A stretch of DNA of 64,000 bases from an uncultured virus (IMG/VR IMGVR_UViG_3300010342_000399) (lineage: Duplodnaviria; Heunggongvirae; Uroviricota; Caudoviricetes): the IMG/VR virus record IMGVR_UViG_3300010342_000399, one strand, 5' to 3'. Below the pieces are notes generated by a model, which saw nothing but the letters and a program-made list of their open reading frames with translations, searched no databases and had not been told where the DNA came from. Both the position numbers and the translations under genes were made by a program. Shown here one piece after another: positions 50,478 to 60,200 of this stretch. Numbering within the stretch: position 1 is the first letter of the stretch; each line of letters begins with the position of its first letter.

Positions 50478-53185
50478 AAATATATTAATTGTAAATTATT
50501 GTCATTTCCTAAAAACAAAAGATATGAATTAAAACCTAAATTATTCAATCGAGTTATGAAATTCAATCTTAATTCTTCATTATAACCCATATGACTATGA
50601 TGATACTCCATAGCTATAGTTTTTACTTTCATTAAATTATCATCAGATATACCATTAAAAATTTGGTGTTCCGCTCCCTCTACATCAACTTTTAAAAAAT
50701 CTATTTTATTTATTAACCCAGTTTCAAATAAATAATTTAATGTGTATGTTCTAACAGAATATTTATTTATTCCTGTAATATCCAATACTGTTGATCCTCC
50801 AAAATGATTTGTTTCGTGTAATATTATTTCACCTATTGAATCGCTCATAGCTGCATTAAATAATATAGTACGAGGATCAGCATTTAATTTAAGTAATTTA
50901 AAATATCTACGATCTGGCTCAAATGATATTACTTTACTTGCCCCTTCTCGATATGCCCATCGTGTAAATACACCTATATTTGCTCCTAAATCAACAACGA
51001 TATCACCATCATGTATCCTTTTTTCTCGATTATTATAATATTCTCTTAAATTATATATTTCATGAAATACTGCATATTCCCATCCATATTTTCTAGCTAT
51101 ATCTATAGTACTTCCAGGCATTTCATATATATTTCCAAAATTTTCCAATTTATAGATATCAGTATAAAAATACATTGATTGATGGAAATTATTATCTCTT
51201 TTTAATTTAATGAATTGAATCATTTTATCAGACATTTCCATGTTTTTATTTCCATGAAACCAAATTATATCAGATTTATTTTCTGGTATAAATTGATATC
51301 CATATATTCGATTAAAATTTTGTGGGCCGGATTCATTCCAAAATTTATAAAAATGATTCAAAGCATCTTCAGTAAATCCAACATCACCATCATATGATGA
51401 AGTATCAAAATTAGATAATGGTAAATGCCTCTTAAAGCCATATTTCCATCTCATTACATTATCAATTGTTTCATCATTCCATAATAGATATTTTTTATAA
51501 TCTTTTAAATCTATTGATTTATAATTTTTAATAATTTCCTCAAACCACCATTTACATTTTTTATTATAAATAAATAAACACACGTGCATATATGGCCATG
51601 AACGTGAAACACCCCATAACTCAGATAATTTTTCTGAAAAATATTGTGTCTTATTTTCACCTTTTTCTTGATATATTCCAAAAAATTCTTTTTGTACATG
51701 AATGTCAGATAAAGGATAATTTTCAATTTCTCTAAAATATTTTTGAATCGTATTTATATTATAATTAACAATAGAATCTCCATCTATCCAGACAAAATTT
51801 TCATATTTTTCATTTATAGAAGCAATGCAAGCATAGTGTTTCCAATACCATTTATCGTATTCTGAATGTTCTGGCGGAACTATTTTACGTTTAATCATAT
51901 TTGGCATATCAAATGGTACCTCACAATTTATACCATATACAATAATCTTATTTTCAGAAAATTCATTTAATGATTCAACTAATTTTTGAATAATTCCCAT
52001 ATATGATAAATTTCCTGCTGTTACAAAAACAAATGATTCAATTTTCTTTTCTAAAATTTTAGAAGCCAATTTTGCTGCATTATCCCATTTAAATTCATTT
52101 CGTATTAATACAGATTCTTCTAATGCCTTTATTTTATAATATCCATAATACATATATGCGTTAATCATTTGCTTAGATAAATGATTAAAATCAGGCTCAC
52201 AATATTCACCATCAACAACATCATTACCAATAATGGCTGGCCTAAGATGTGATATATTTACTGGAATACCTTTACCTTTAGCAAATTGAAGTTGAGCTCC
52301 CCAATTAGAATAAATCGAAGGTGTACCACAACTCATTGATTCACAAAGAGGAAGATTCCACCCCTCACTTCTCGCACATGAAACAAAAACATTACCTTCT
52401 TGAAGATATTTAATATAATCTTCACGAGGAAGAAATTTTATAAATTTAATATTATCATAATGTATATCATATTTATTTATTCTATCCTCTGTTGATCTAG
52501 TTTCATCATATGGATATGGATTTTCAACACAGCAAATTAATTCAACATTTAAATTATTCTTAAATGTTTCACCAAATGTTTTTAAAATTTCAGTCGTTGA
52601 TTTTCTATAATCCCATCTACCAAAGTGAATAAATCTAAATTTATCTCTTTTTGGTAATTCATTAATCGGTTTAAAAATATCACCATCCACACCTTCAGGC
52701 ACTATGTGAATTTTTTCTTTTGGATATCCTTGTTCTATTAACGAATCATATTGCCATTGGCTTGGCACCCACATTTCATCAAACATTAACAATCTATTAA
52801 AAAAATTTTCAGGATACCTTGTAGATTCCCACACATTATACGCTATTTTATATCCGTCATAATCATCATAAAAATAATAACTATTATGCTCTGCTAGAAT
52901 AATATGTATATCTGGTTTAAAATCACCATTATAATTGTACATTGGATAATCACTTCTTGATTTATCCTCATTAAATAATGTCTGAAGAATTAACATTTCC
53001 TTCATTTCTTCAGTAAAATAAGGTTCATCATTATGTGGTTCATTTGACATTCCTTTCCAGGAATTTCCGATAGTTAAATTTCTAACTTTAACTTCATGAT
53101 ATTTATTCAAGGCACAAAAAAAAGACCTAGCATGGTTGGCATAACCGGTTGTTCCAATAAAAGAGGTGTGTGCAAGTATTTTCAT
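50468..53185 (-). CDS. Multidomain GT4 glycosyltransferase / GT-A-like / FkbM methyltransferase
   Basis: EGWNLPLCESMSCG (GT4); WIDGD (DxD); VDLGANIG..FEP..KVDVEGAE (FkbM). Confidence 0.88.
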   Translation of the reverse strand: MKILAHTSFIGTTGYANHARSFFCALNKYHEVKVRNLTIGNSWKGMSNEPHNDEPYFTEEMKEMLILQTLFNEDKSRSDYPMYNYNGDFKPDIHIILAEHNSYYFYDDYDGYKIAYNVWESTRYPENFFNRLLMFDEMWVPSQWQYDSLIEQGYPKEKIHIVPEGVDGDIFKPINELPKRDKFRFIHFGRWDYRKSTTEILKTFGETFKNNLNVELICCVENPYPYDETRSTEDRINKYDIHYDNIKFIKFLPREDYIKYLQEGNVFVSCARSEGWNLPLCESMSCGTPSIYSNWGAQLQFAKGKGIPVNISHLRPAIIGNDVVDGEYCEPDFNHLSKQMINAYMYYGYYKIKALEESVLIRNEFKWDNAAKLASKILEKKIESFVFVTAGNLSYMGIIQKLVESLNEFSENKIIVYGINCEVPFDMPNMIKRKIVPPEHSEYDKWYWKHYACIASINEKYENFVWIDGDSIVNYNINTIQKYFREIENYPLSDIHVQKEFFGIYQEKGENKTQYFSEKLSELWGVSRSWPYMHVCLFIYNKKCKWWFEEIIKNYKSIDLKDYKKYLLWNDETIDNVMRWKYGFKRHLPLSNFDTSSYDGDVGFTEDALNHFYKFWNESGPQNFNRIYGYQFIPENKSDIIWFHGNKNMEMSDKMIQFIKLKRDNNFHQSMYFYTDIYKLENFGNIYEMPGSTIDIARKYGWEYAVFHEIYNLREYYNNREKRIHDGDIVVDLGANIGVFTRWAYREGASKVISFEPDRRYFKLLKLNADPRTILFNAAMSDSIGEIILHETNHFGGSTVLDITGINKYSVRTYTLNYLFETGLINKIDFLKVDVEGAEHQIFNGISDDNLMKVKTIAMEYHHSHMGYNEELRLNFITRLNNLGFNSYLLFLGNDNNLQLIYFWR

Positions 53186-53523
53186 TGTTTTTGTATTATA
53201 ACATTAATATTAGACCAGATGTACGAGATGTTTTTGCTTTGGGCATGAGATAGTTTAATGTCAAATCCTCCGCATCAACAATACGAGATGCTATTTTCAG
53301 CATTAGCTTAAATAGTCTCTTATCCATATGGTGGTCATGAAGTCTGTCGATATTTTTCGTTTTAACTGTTATCATGATTAATCAAATCTTTTCCTATGCT
53401 TTATTTTTTGGGTATAGTTCTTCTTACTACGATGAACCCTATGCTTGGCTTTCCATCCGTTCTCAAATGAAAGTTCGGCATCCCCGCTTCCCTTTCTATT
53501 AGCTTTTATGTAATCATCGAGTT

Positions 53524-53766
53524 TCATTCTAATTCATATGCAATTTCGGTAACATATAATGTCGTACCGTCATGACCAACATTAAGATGCTTTAATACAT
53601 AAATATTAAAGTACCCATAAGTATCTTCCCTTTCTGAATTAAACATATAATCATAATCAGTAGGAAAATTGTCATGATTGGTGAAATCTGCAACCATAAT
53701 CTTTTCATCGAAAATACGGCTTACTTCAGCACTTAGGCTTTTTTCCGAAAATCTTCGTCCAACCAA
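53524..53766 (-). CDS. Hypothetical protein
   Basis: ORF ending LYVTEIAYE. Confidence 0.55.
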   Translation of the reverse strand: MVGRRFSEKSLSAEVSRIFDEKIMVADFTNHDNFPTDYDYMFNSEREDTYGYFNIYVLKHLNVGHDGTTLYVTEIAYELE

Positions 53767-53910
53767 ATTTTTTAATTGATTAACTACTTCTTTCTGTCTT
53801 GTGGTATGATATTTCTTCCATAATAGCTACCCGAATCTTTGTCAAAGGCCGTAATTTCTGCGTATATGTTTTTCATAGTTTTAATCGTTATTGGTTAATA
53901 CTATCTATTA

Positions 53911-53936
53911 TACGAAAAAAAGCCAGAATTATTACA
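53911..53936 (-). promoter_or_regulatory. ECF-type promoter motif TGTAAT-N16-CGTA
   Basis: Same motif and spacing at 54440-54465, 54957-54982 and 39436-39461. Confidence 0.65.
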
Positions 53937-54031
53937 TTCTGGCTCAAAAAACTGGATGGTTTTTCATTTCGTATCCGCAGCACCCAATCCAGTCAGAATA
54001 AACTGCGCTATCTTTAATTTCTTTGCCAAAG

Positions 54032-54406
54032 TTAATCAATTATTTTGAACGACCCAAACATTTCCTCACCCATGCCAGTTTTAATTTCGGCATACCTGTT
54101 TCCACCGCCTGTAAAGTCCTTATAATCCTTTGCAGTCCTATACAAGAGTTTGCCAGTACTTGGTCTATTCAGCCAATATTCCATACCCCTGACATCATTA
54201 AGTGAGAAATACCATGCCTGACCATTAATAGTACAGAAACCTGAAACGTAAAAATGACCTCTGCTAAATACAATATCGGTTGCACCAACAGATTTCAATT
54301 CTTTAGTGAACTCTGACTTGAAAGTCCGATAAAATTCTGCAAACTCAGGAGTAAGAGTTGATGAACTTTTAAATCCTCTTTTTAACATTTCGATTGATTT
54401 TTTCAT
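54032..54406 (-). CDS. Conserved phage hypothetical protein
   Basis: GHFYVSGF, SLNDVR, LYRTAKDYKDFTGG.N. Confidence 0.8.
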   Translation of the reverse strand: MKKSIEMLKRGFKSSSTLTPEFAEFYRTFKSEFTKELKSVGATDIVFSRGHFYVSGFCTINGQAWYFSLNDVRGMEYWLNRPSTGKLLYRTAKDYKDFTGGGNRYAEIKTGMGEEMFGSFKIID

Positions 54407-54734
54407 TGTCTCGCTGTTGTTGGTTAATACTATATATTATACGAAAAAACCCCCAGAATATTACATTTTGAGGGCAAAAACTTTAAACTAAGAGCAAACA
54501 AATTTAAAAACTATATCTGTCAATCTTTTCAATCCTGTCATCAATCCAGTCAGTAATGTTTCAATTTACATTAGCAAAATTCAAAATATCTTTGCTTGTG
54601 CTTTTCTTTTCTTGTATAGGCATTATCTGACTTATGTACTTTGTGCTTTGCAGTCCAACCAGTTTGATTTTCCAGTTCAGCTTCCCTGCTGCCTCTGTGG
54701 ATTGCTTTCATGTAATCATCAAAACAAAAATGTT

Positions 54735-54923
54735 TCAATCTATATTCAAAATAAATTCCCTGTGTGCAACATTAAACGCAATCGGGTCATGCTTTTTTAG
54801 CCAATTACCATATTTAGCATAATCAGGAATACGACCGCCGTTACTTTTTTTGTCGTCTTTAGGCACACCAATCTCATTAAGATAATCTATAAAATATCTG
54901 ATTGTTAATGTTTCTTTTTTCAT
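54735..54923 (-). CDS. Small hypothetical protein
   Basis: DPIAF motif; downstream of the ECF-type motif. Confidence 0.6.
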   Translation of the reverse strand: MKKETLTIRYFIDYLNEIGVPKDDKKSNGGRIPDYAKYGNWLKKHDPIAFNVAHREFILNID

Positions 54924-55009
54924 TGTCTTGTTGTTGTTGGTTTAACTACTTAGTTATACGAAATTAAAACAAAAATGTTGCATCCACAAGTGAGTAATAT
55001 ACCCACAAT

Positions 55010-55460
55010 TCAGACATTTAGTGAACGAATAAACTCATACATTCTTTCCATGTACATTTGAGCATATTCCTTTGTACCAAAGTTTTCTTCAATAGGCTTC
55101 TCATGCTCCATGTAATATTTTGATGCTTTTTGTAGCATCTCAATCGCTTCTCTAGCTGCAACTTTTCGTAGTCGTGCCGACAGCCATGTTTCGGGGATGT
55201 CAACGATGTCTTTTAAAAGAAGGACTTTACTTGCTTTCTCAGGATTATTCCAAAAGTATTGAATGAAGATATTAACGACCTTCCCGTATTCATTGAGAAT
55301 GGTTATTAAATCCATCATTTTCTTCTGTGTGCTGAACTTCAAACTACATTTGGTTGACCTGATTAGTTTCATGATTGCTATATTTTCATATATTATTTTC
55401 TTTTAATTTCTGTTCTTTTCTTCTCATTGCACTTCGTGAGCCATATAAACTCTTTATCAC
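55010..55460 (-). mobile_element. IS607-like remnant (tnpA tail plus truncated tnpB)
   Basis: LYGSRS..KENNI* followed by MKLIRSTKCSLKF..EY..VN.FI..W..WLSARL. Confidence 0.6.
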
Positions 55461-55782
55461 CTTCATTAAATAATTTACGGCTTTTTTCAATAAGTTCTAT
55501 ATTGATATCAATACTTATCATCTTACCATTTGTTTTCGCTGCTATATGACCTAGAAATAAACCAAATAAACCACCTTCACTATTAAAAGATACGCCGGTT
55601 TCTAATACATTTAATTTATCAAAATTAAAATTTTCATTTAAGGTATTAATTACTGATTCTATTTGTAATCTTCTCGTTATAAAATGATAATGATTTCAAT
55701 AATCGCATATATTTTTCTCCATATAATTATTATATTCATTATATGTTTGATTAAATATTTTTTTCAAGTCATCAAGTTTCAT
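55461..55782 (-). pseudogene. Class I methyltransferase pseudogene (TGA, truncated at the IS remnant)
   Basis: ATG 55782, TGA 55696-55698, LNVLETG..SIDIN. Confidence 0.6.
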
Positions 55783-57004
55783 ATAAAATTGAATATAAAT
55801 GTTTTTTTAAGTCATTATCATCATCTTTGATAATTTGTTTCGCATATAACCATCCATTTGGAATATATGAACATAATGCAAATATTTTCTGAAGTTCAAT
55901 AATTTCTCTTTTTCTTCCATCAGAATATTTTAAAACTGTTTTAGTGAAAAATGTATCATCAATATCGTCATTATTACCATCATATAAACCGTTACTAACA
56001 CAATATTCTCCTAATACTGTCCCTCTATATGGCTGAAAAATACTAGTCCATGCTATTGTTGGTTTAATTTCACAATTCATTTTTAATAAATTTAATTCAT
56101 CTTCAAAAGATGTATTTGGAAGTCCTAACATTTGTTCAGTACGTAATTTAATACCATTTGATAATAATTTTTTACAGTTTTTTATTATAACTTCATTTTT
56201 CATTTTTCTTCCAAGAATTTTTTCTCGATATTCTTCATTATATGTTTCAATAGCTATTGTTGCACTAACGCACCCACTTTTAATCAATAATTCTATTTTT
56301 TTATTATCAAGAGATTCAATTCTAAATTGAGCATGATATGGCCTTTTATTCCATTTTTCATTAAATTCTGTCAACCATTTTTTATTAAATCCAAAAAAAT
56401 CATCTTGAAAAAATATTAATTCTGCATTTATTGTTTTGGCTTCTTCTATTACTGAATTAACAGACCTTAATCTTACTTTAATATTTGGATATATTAATTT
56501 ATAACTTGAATTATAACAATATGTACAACTAAACGGGCATCCAAAAGAAGTCATAATATTTTTAATTCTATTATTTTTATGTTCTAACGATTGAGAATAA
56601 AATCCTTCTCTATCAGGAAGTAAAATATCAGGATCAACCATTGGATATATTCTAGTATCATCTATATTAGGAAATGATAGTACACTTTCACCACGAAATA
56701 CGAAATCAGCATATTTTTTACATTCTTCATAGAAAAATGATGCATGCGGCCCACCTATTGCTGTTTTTATACCTAATGCACGTAAAGTTTTACAAGCGTC
56801 ATATACTTCTATATGATTTCCAGTATATGTGCTAAATCCTATTAAATCATATGAAAAAAGATTATCAACTTCATTAAAATCAATATTTTTGGTTTTATAT
56901 AAATAATAGTCAACATCATTACCTTTATCTTTCATTGCTTTACCAAGAATCATTAATCCTAATGGCTCAATAATGGAGAATTTATGGACTAATAAAATTT
57001 TCAT
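55772..57004 (-). CDS. B12-binding-domain radical SAM protein
   Basis: PLGL, IGGPHAS, GCPFSCTYC, FQDD.F. Confidence 0.9.
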   Translation of the reverse strand: MKILLVHKFSIIEPLGLMILGKAMKDKGNDVDYYLYKTKNIDFNEVDNLFSYDLIGFSTYTGNHIEVYDACKTLRALGIKTAIGGPHASFFYEECKKYADFVFRGESVLSFPNIDDTRIYPMVDPDILLPDREGFYSQSLEHKNNRIKNIMTSFGCPFSCTYCYNSSYKLIYPNIKVRLRSVNSVIEEAKTINAELIFFQDDFFGFNKKWLTEFNEKWNKRPYHAQFRIESLDNKKIELLIKSGCVSATIAIETYNEEYREKILGRKMKNEVIIKNCKKLLSNGIKLRTEQMLGLPNTSFEDELNLLKMNCEIKPTIAWTSIFQPYRGTVLGEYCVSNGLYDGNNDDIDDTFFTKTVLKYSDGRKREIIELQKIFALCSYIPNGWLYAKQIIKDDDNDLKKHLYSILYET

Positions 57005-57056
57005 ATCATAAAAGATACTGAAAATATATTAGAAAAGAAAATAAATATGTTTTTAT

Positions 57057-57284
57057 TTATATTAATTTTTTAAATTTTACATCAATTTTGCTATAATCAA
57101 CAAGATAATATCCATTTTTATCCATTATAACAGCATTTTCAAATTTAGTTCCTAATAATTCTTGAGCTATTACACCTTCATATAAACCAGGCATATTTTG
57201 CGATTTAATATATCTGAATTGATAAATATTAATACCAGATAACGATTTTCTTATGAACTTAATATTTTTCTTAAGATGCTCTTC
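57057..57284 (-). other. Peptidase S74 (tail-fibre intramolecular chaperone) domain, +1 out of frame with the upstream gene
   Basis: EEHLKKNI..SGINIYQFRY..GVIAQEL..YYLVDYSKIDV. Confidence 0.75.
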
Positions 57285-60200
57285 TTGATCTTGTTGGCGT
57301 TCTTGATGGCGTTCTTGATGGTGTTACAGTTGGGCTTGTTGATGGTGTTGTTGTTGATGTTGGAGATGGACTAGGCGGTTGATAACATGGACGGCCACTA
57401 CCACTATTATATAAATATGCAACTTCTAATGATGTTATAACTCTATCCCACATAGCAACCTCATCCATTGTTCNNNNNNNNNNNNNNNNNNNNNNNNNNN
57501 NNNNNNNNNNNNNNNNNNNNNNNNNNNNNNNNNNNNNNNNNNNNNNNNNNNNNNNNNNNNNNNNNNNNNNNNNNNNNNNNNNNNNNNNNNNNNNNNNNNN
57601 NNNNNNNNNNNNNNNNNNNNNNNNNNNNNNNNNNNNNNNNNNNNNNNNNNNNNNNNNNNNNNNNNNNNNNNNNNNNNNNNNNNNNNNNNNNNNNNNNNNN
57701 NNNNNNNNNNNNNNNNNNNNNNNNNNNNNNNNNNNNNNNNNNNNNNNNNNNNNNNNNNNNNNNNNNNNNNNNNNNNNNNNNNNNNNNNNNNNNNNNNNNN
57801 NNNNNNNNNNNNNNNNNNNNNNNNNNNNNNNNNNNNNNNNNNNNNNNNNNNNNNNNNNNNNNNNNNNNNNNNNNNNNNNNNNNNNNNNNNNNNNNNNNNN
57901 NNNNNNNNNNNNNNNNNNNNNNNNNNNNNNNNNNTTCGTTGTTGTTAAATCATGCCCATTTTCTGTACTATCATAAAATGTGCCACTAGCCTCTTCAAAA
58001 TCCCAACATGCAACTAATCCACTAGTAAATGGATTGTGAATTGGTGATGGTGTTATAGATGACGTTCTCGATATTGATATACTTGGTGTACTGGATACTG
58101 ATAATGATGGTGTTATAGTATTAGATACAGATAAACTGGGCGTATTTGATACAGATAAACTTGGTGTATTAGATACAGATAAGCTTGGAGTATTTGATAT
58201 AGATAAACTAGGCGTATTTGATACTGATAATGATGGTGTTATAGTATTAGATACAGATAAACTGGGCGTATTTGATACAGATAAACTTGGCGTTCTAGTA
58301 TTAGATACAGATAAACTGGGCGTATTTGATACAGATAAACTTGGCGTGTTAGAAACTGATAAACTTGGAGTGTTTGATACAGATAAGCTTGGAGTATTTG
58401 ATATAGATAAACTAGGCGTATTTGATACTGATAATGATGGTGTTATAGTATTAGATACAGATAAACTGAGCGTATTTGATACAGATAAACTTGGTGTATT
58501 TGATACAGATAAACTTGGCGTGTTAGAAACTGATAAACTTGGAGTGTTTGATACAGATAAGCTTGGCGTGTTAGAAACTGATAAACTAGGCGTATTTGAT
58601 ACTGATAATGATGGTGTTATAGTATTAGATACAGATAAACTTGGAGTATTTGATACTGATAATGATGGTGTTATAGTATTAGATACAGATAAGCTTGGAG
58701 TATTTGATATAGATAAACTAGGCGTATTTGATACAGATAAACTTGGCGTTCTAGTATTAGATACAGATAAACTGGGCGTATTTGATACTGATAATGATGG
58801 TGTTATAGTATTAGATACAGATAAACTGGGCGTATTTGATACAGATAAACTTGGTGTGTTAGAAACTGATAAACTAGGCGTATTTGATACAGATAAACTT
58901 GGCGTTCTAGTATTAGATACAGATAAACTGGGCGTATTTGATACTGATAAACTTGGTGTTCTAGATATAGATATTGATGGTGTTGTTGTTGGTGTTGTTG
59001 TTGGCGTTATTGATGGTGTTACAGTTGGGCTTGTTGATGGTGTTGGCGTTGGTGATGCTGGCATACATGTAATGCCATTTCCATTATTATATAAATAAGT
59101 TATATCGGTTTGATTTAATTCTCTAGAAAATATCGCAAACGCATCTACATATCCATATAAGCTATGAATTAAGTCCAAATCATTTCCAATCATTGTATAT
59201 GTTGTATATGATCCGGTATATGATGGCGCATTACTAAAACTTAGAGTGTCAATATAATATCCATCGCCATAAAATTTTAATTCATAATTATTATTAAAAG
59301 TAATGACTATATGATGCCATAATTGATCCATTACAATATTTATGGCTTTTTGATCTAATACTCCATCATTTATTATACTAAAATATATACTACCTTCAAG
59401 TTCATTATTAAGAACTAAAAACATATAAAAACCACCAGACATATCTTCTTTTATACGACCATATAGTAATCTTATACCTGTTGAACCAGTCACAACTCTT
59501 AACCAAAGAGATATTGAAAACTCTTGTAAGTCAAGGCTATCACCTATAGTTCCGGCATTTCCAATAACAGAATTATTACTAAGGAAACCAATGGAATAAT
59601 TATCAACTATTCCAGACGCCTGATAAGTAACATTTATTGAAGCATCTAAATCATTATGATAAGCTGTAGAATCATAAAGTGTTCCACTTGCTTCTTCACA
59701 ATTCCAACAAGCTATTAATCCACCTAAATATGGATTAGTGGGTATCGATGGCGTTATCGATGGTGTTCTTGAAATTGACAAACTAGGTGTATTTGATATC
59801 GACAAACTAGGCGTATTTGATATCGATAAACTAGGTGTATTTGATACAGATAAACTAGGTGTCTGAGTATTGGATACAGATAAACTAGGTGTATTTGATA
59901 CTGATAAACTAGGTGTCTGAGTAATGGATATAGATAAACTAGGTGTATTAGATATTGATTCACTTGGTGTATTAGATATTGATAAACTAGGTGTGTTTGA
60001 TATTGATATACTGGGCGTTTGAGTATTGGATACAGATAAACTAGGCGTATTAGATATTGATAAACTAGGCGTATTTGATACAGATAAACTTGGTGTATTA
60101 GATACAGATAAACTTGGAGTATTTGATATAGATAAACTTGGCGTATTTGATATTGACAAACTAGGCGTCTGAGTATTAGATACAGATAAACTTGGCGTAT

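Noticed and set aside
58346..59098. 250-aa plus-strand ORF of DTDKLGV repeats (also 60359-60580 and 57468-57989)
   Set aside because: Antisense shadow of the TPSLSVSN repeats or an artefact of the N gap.
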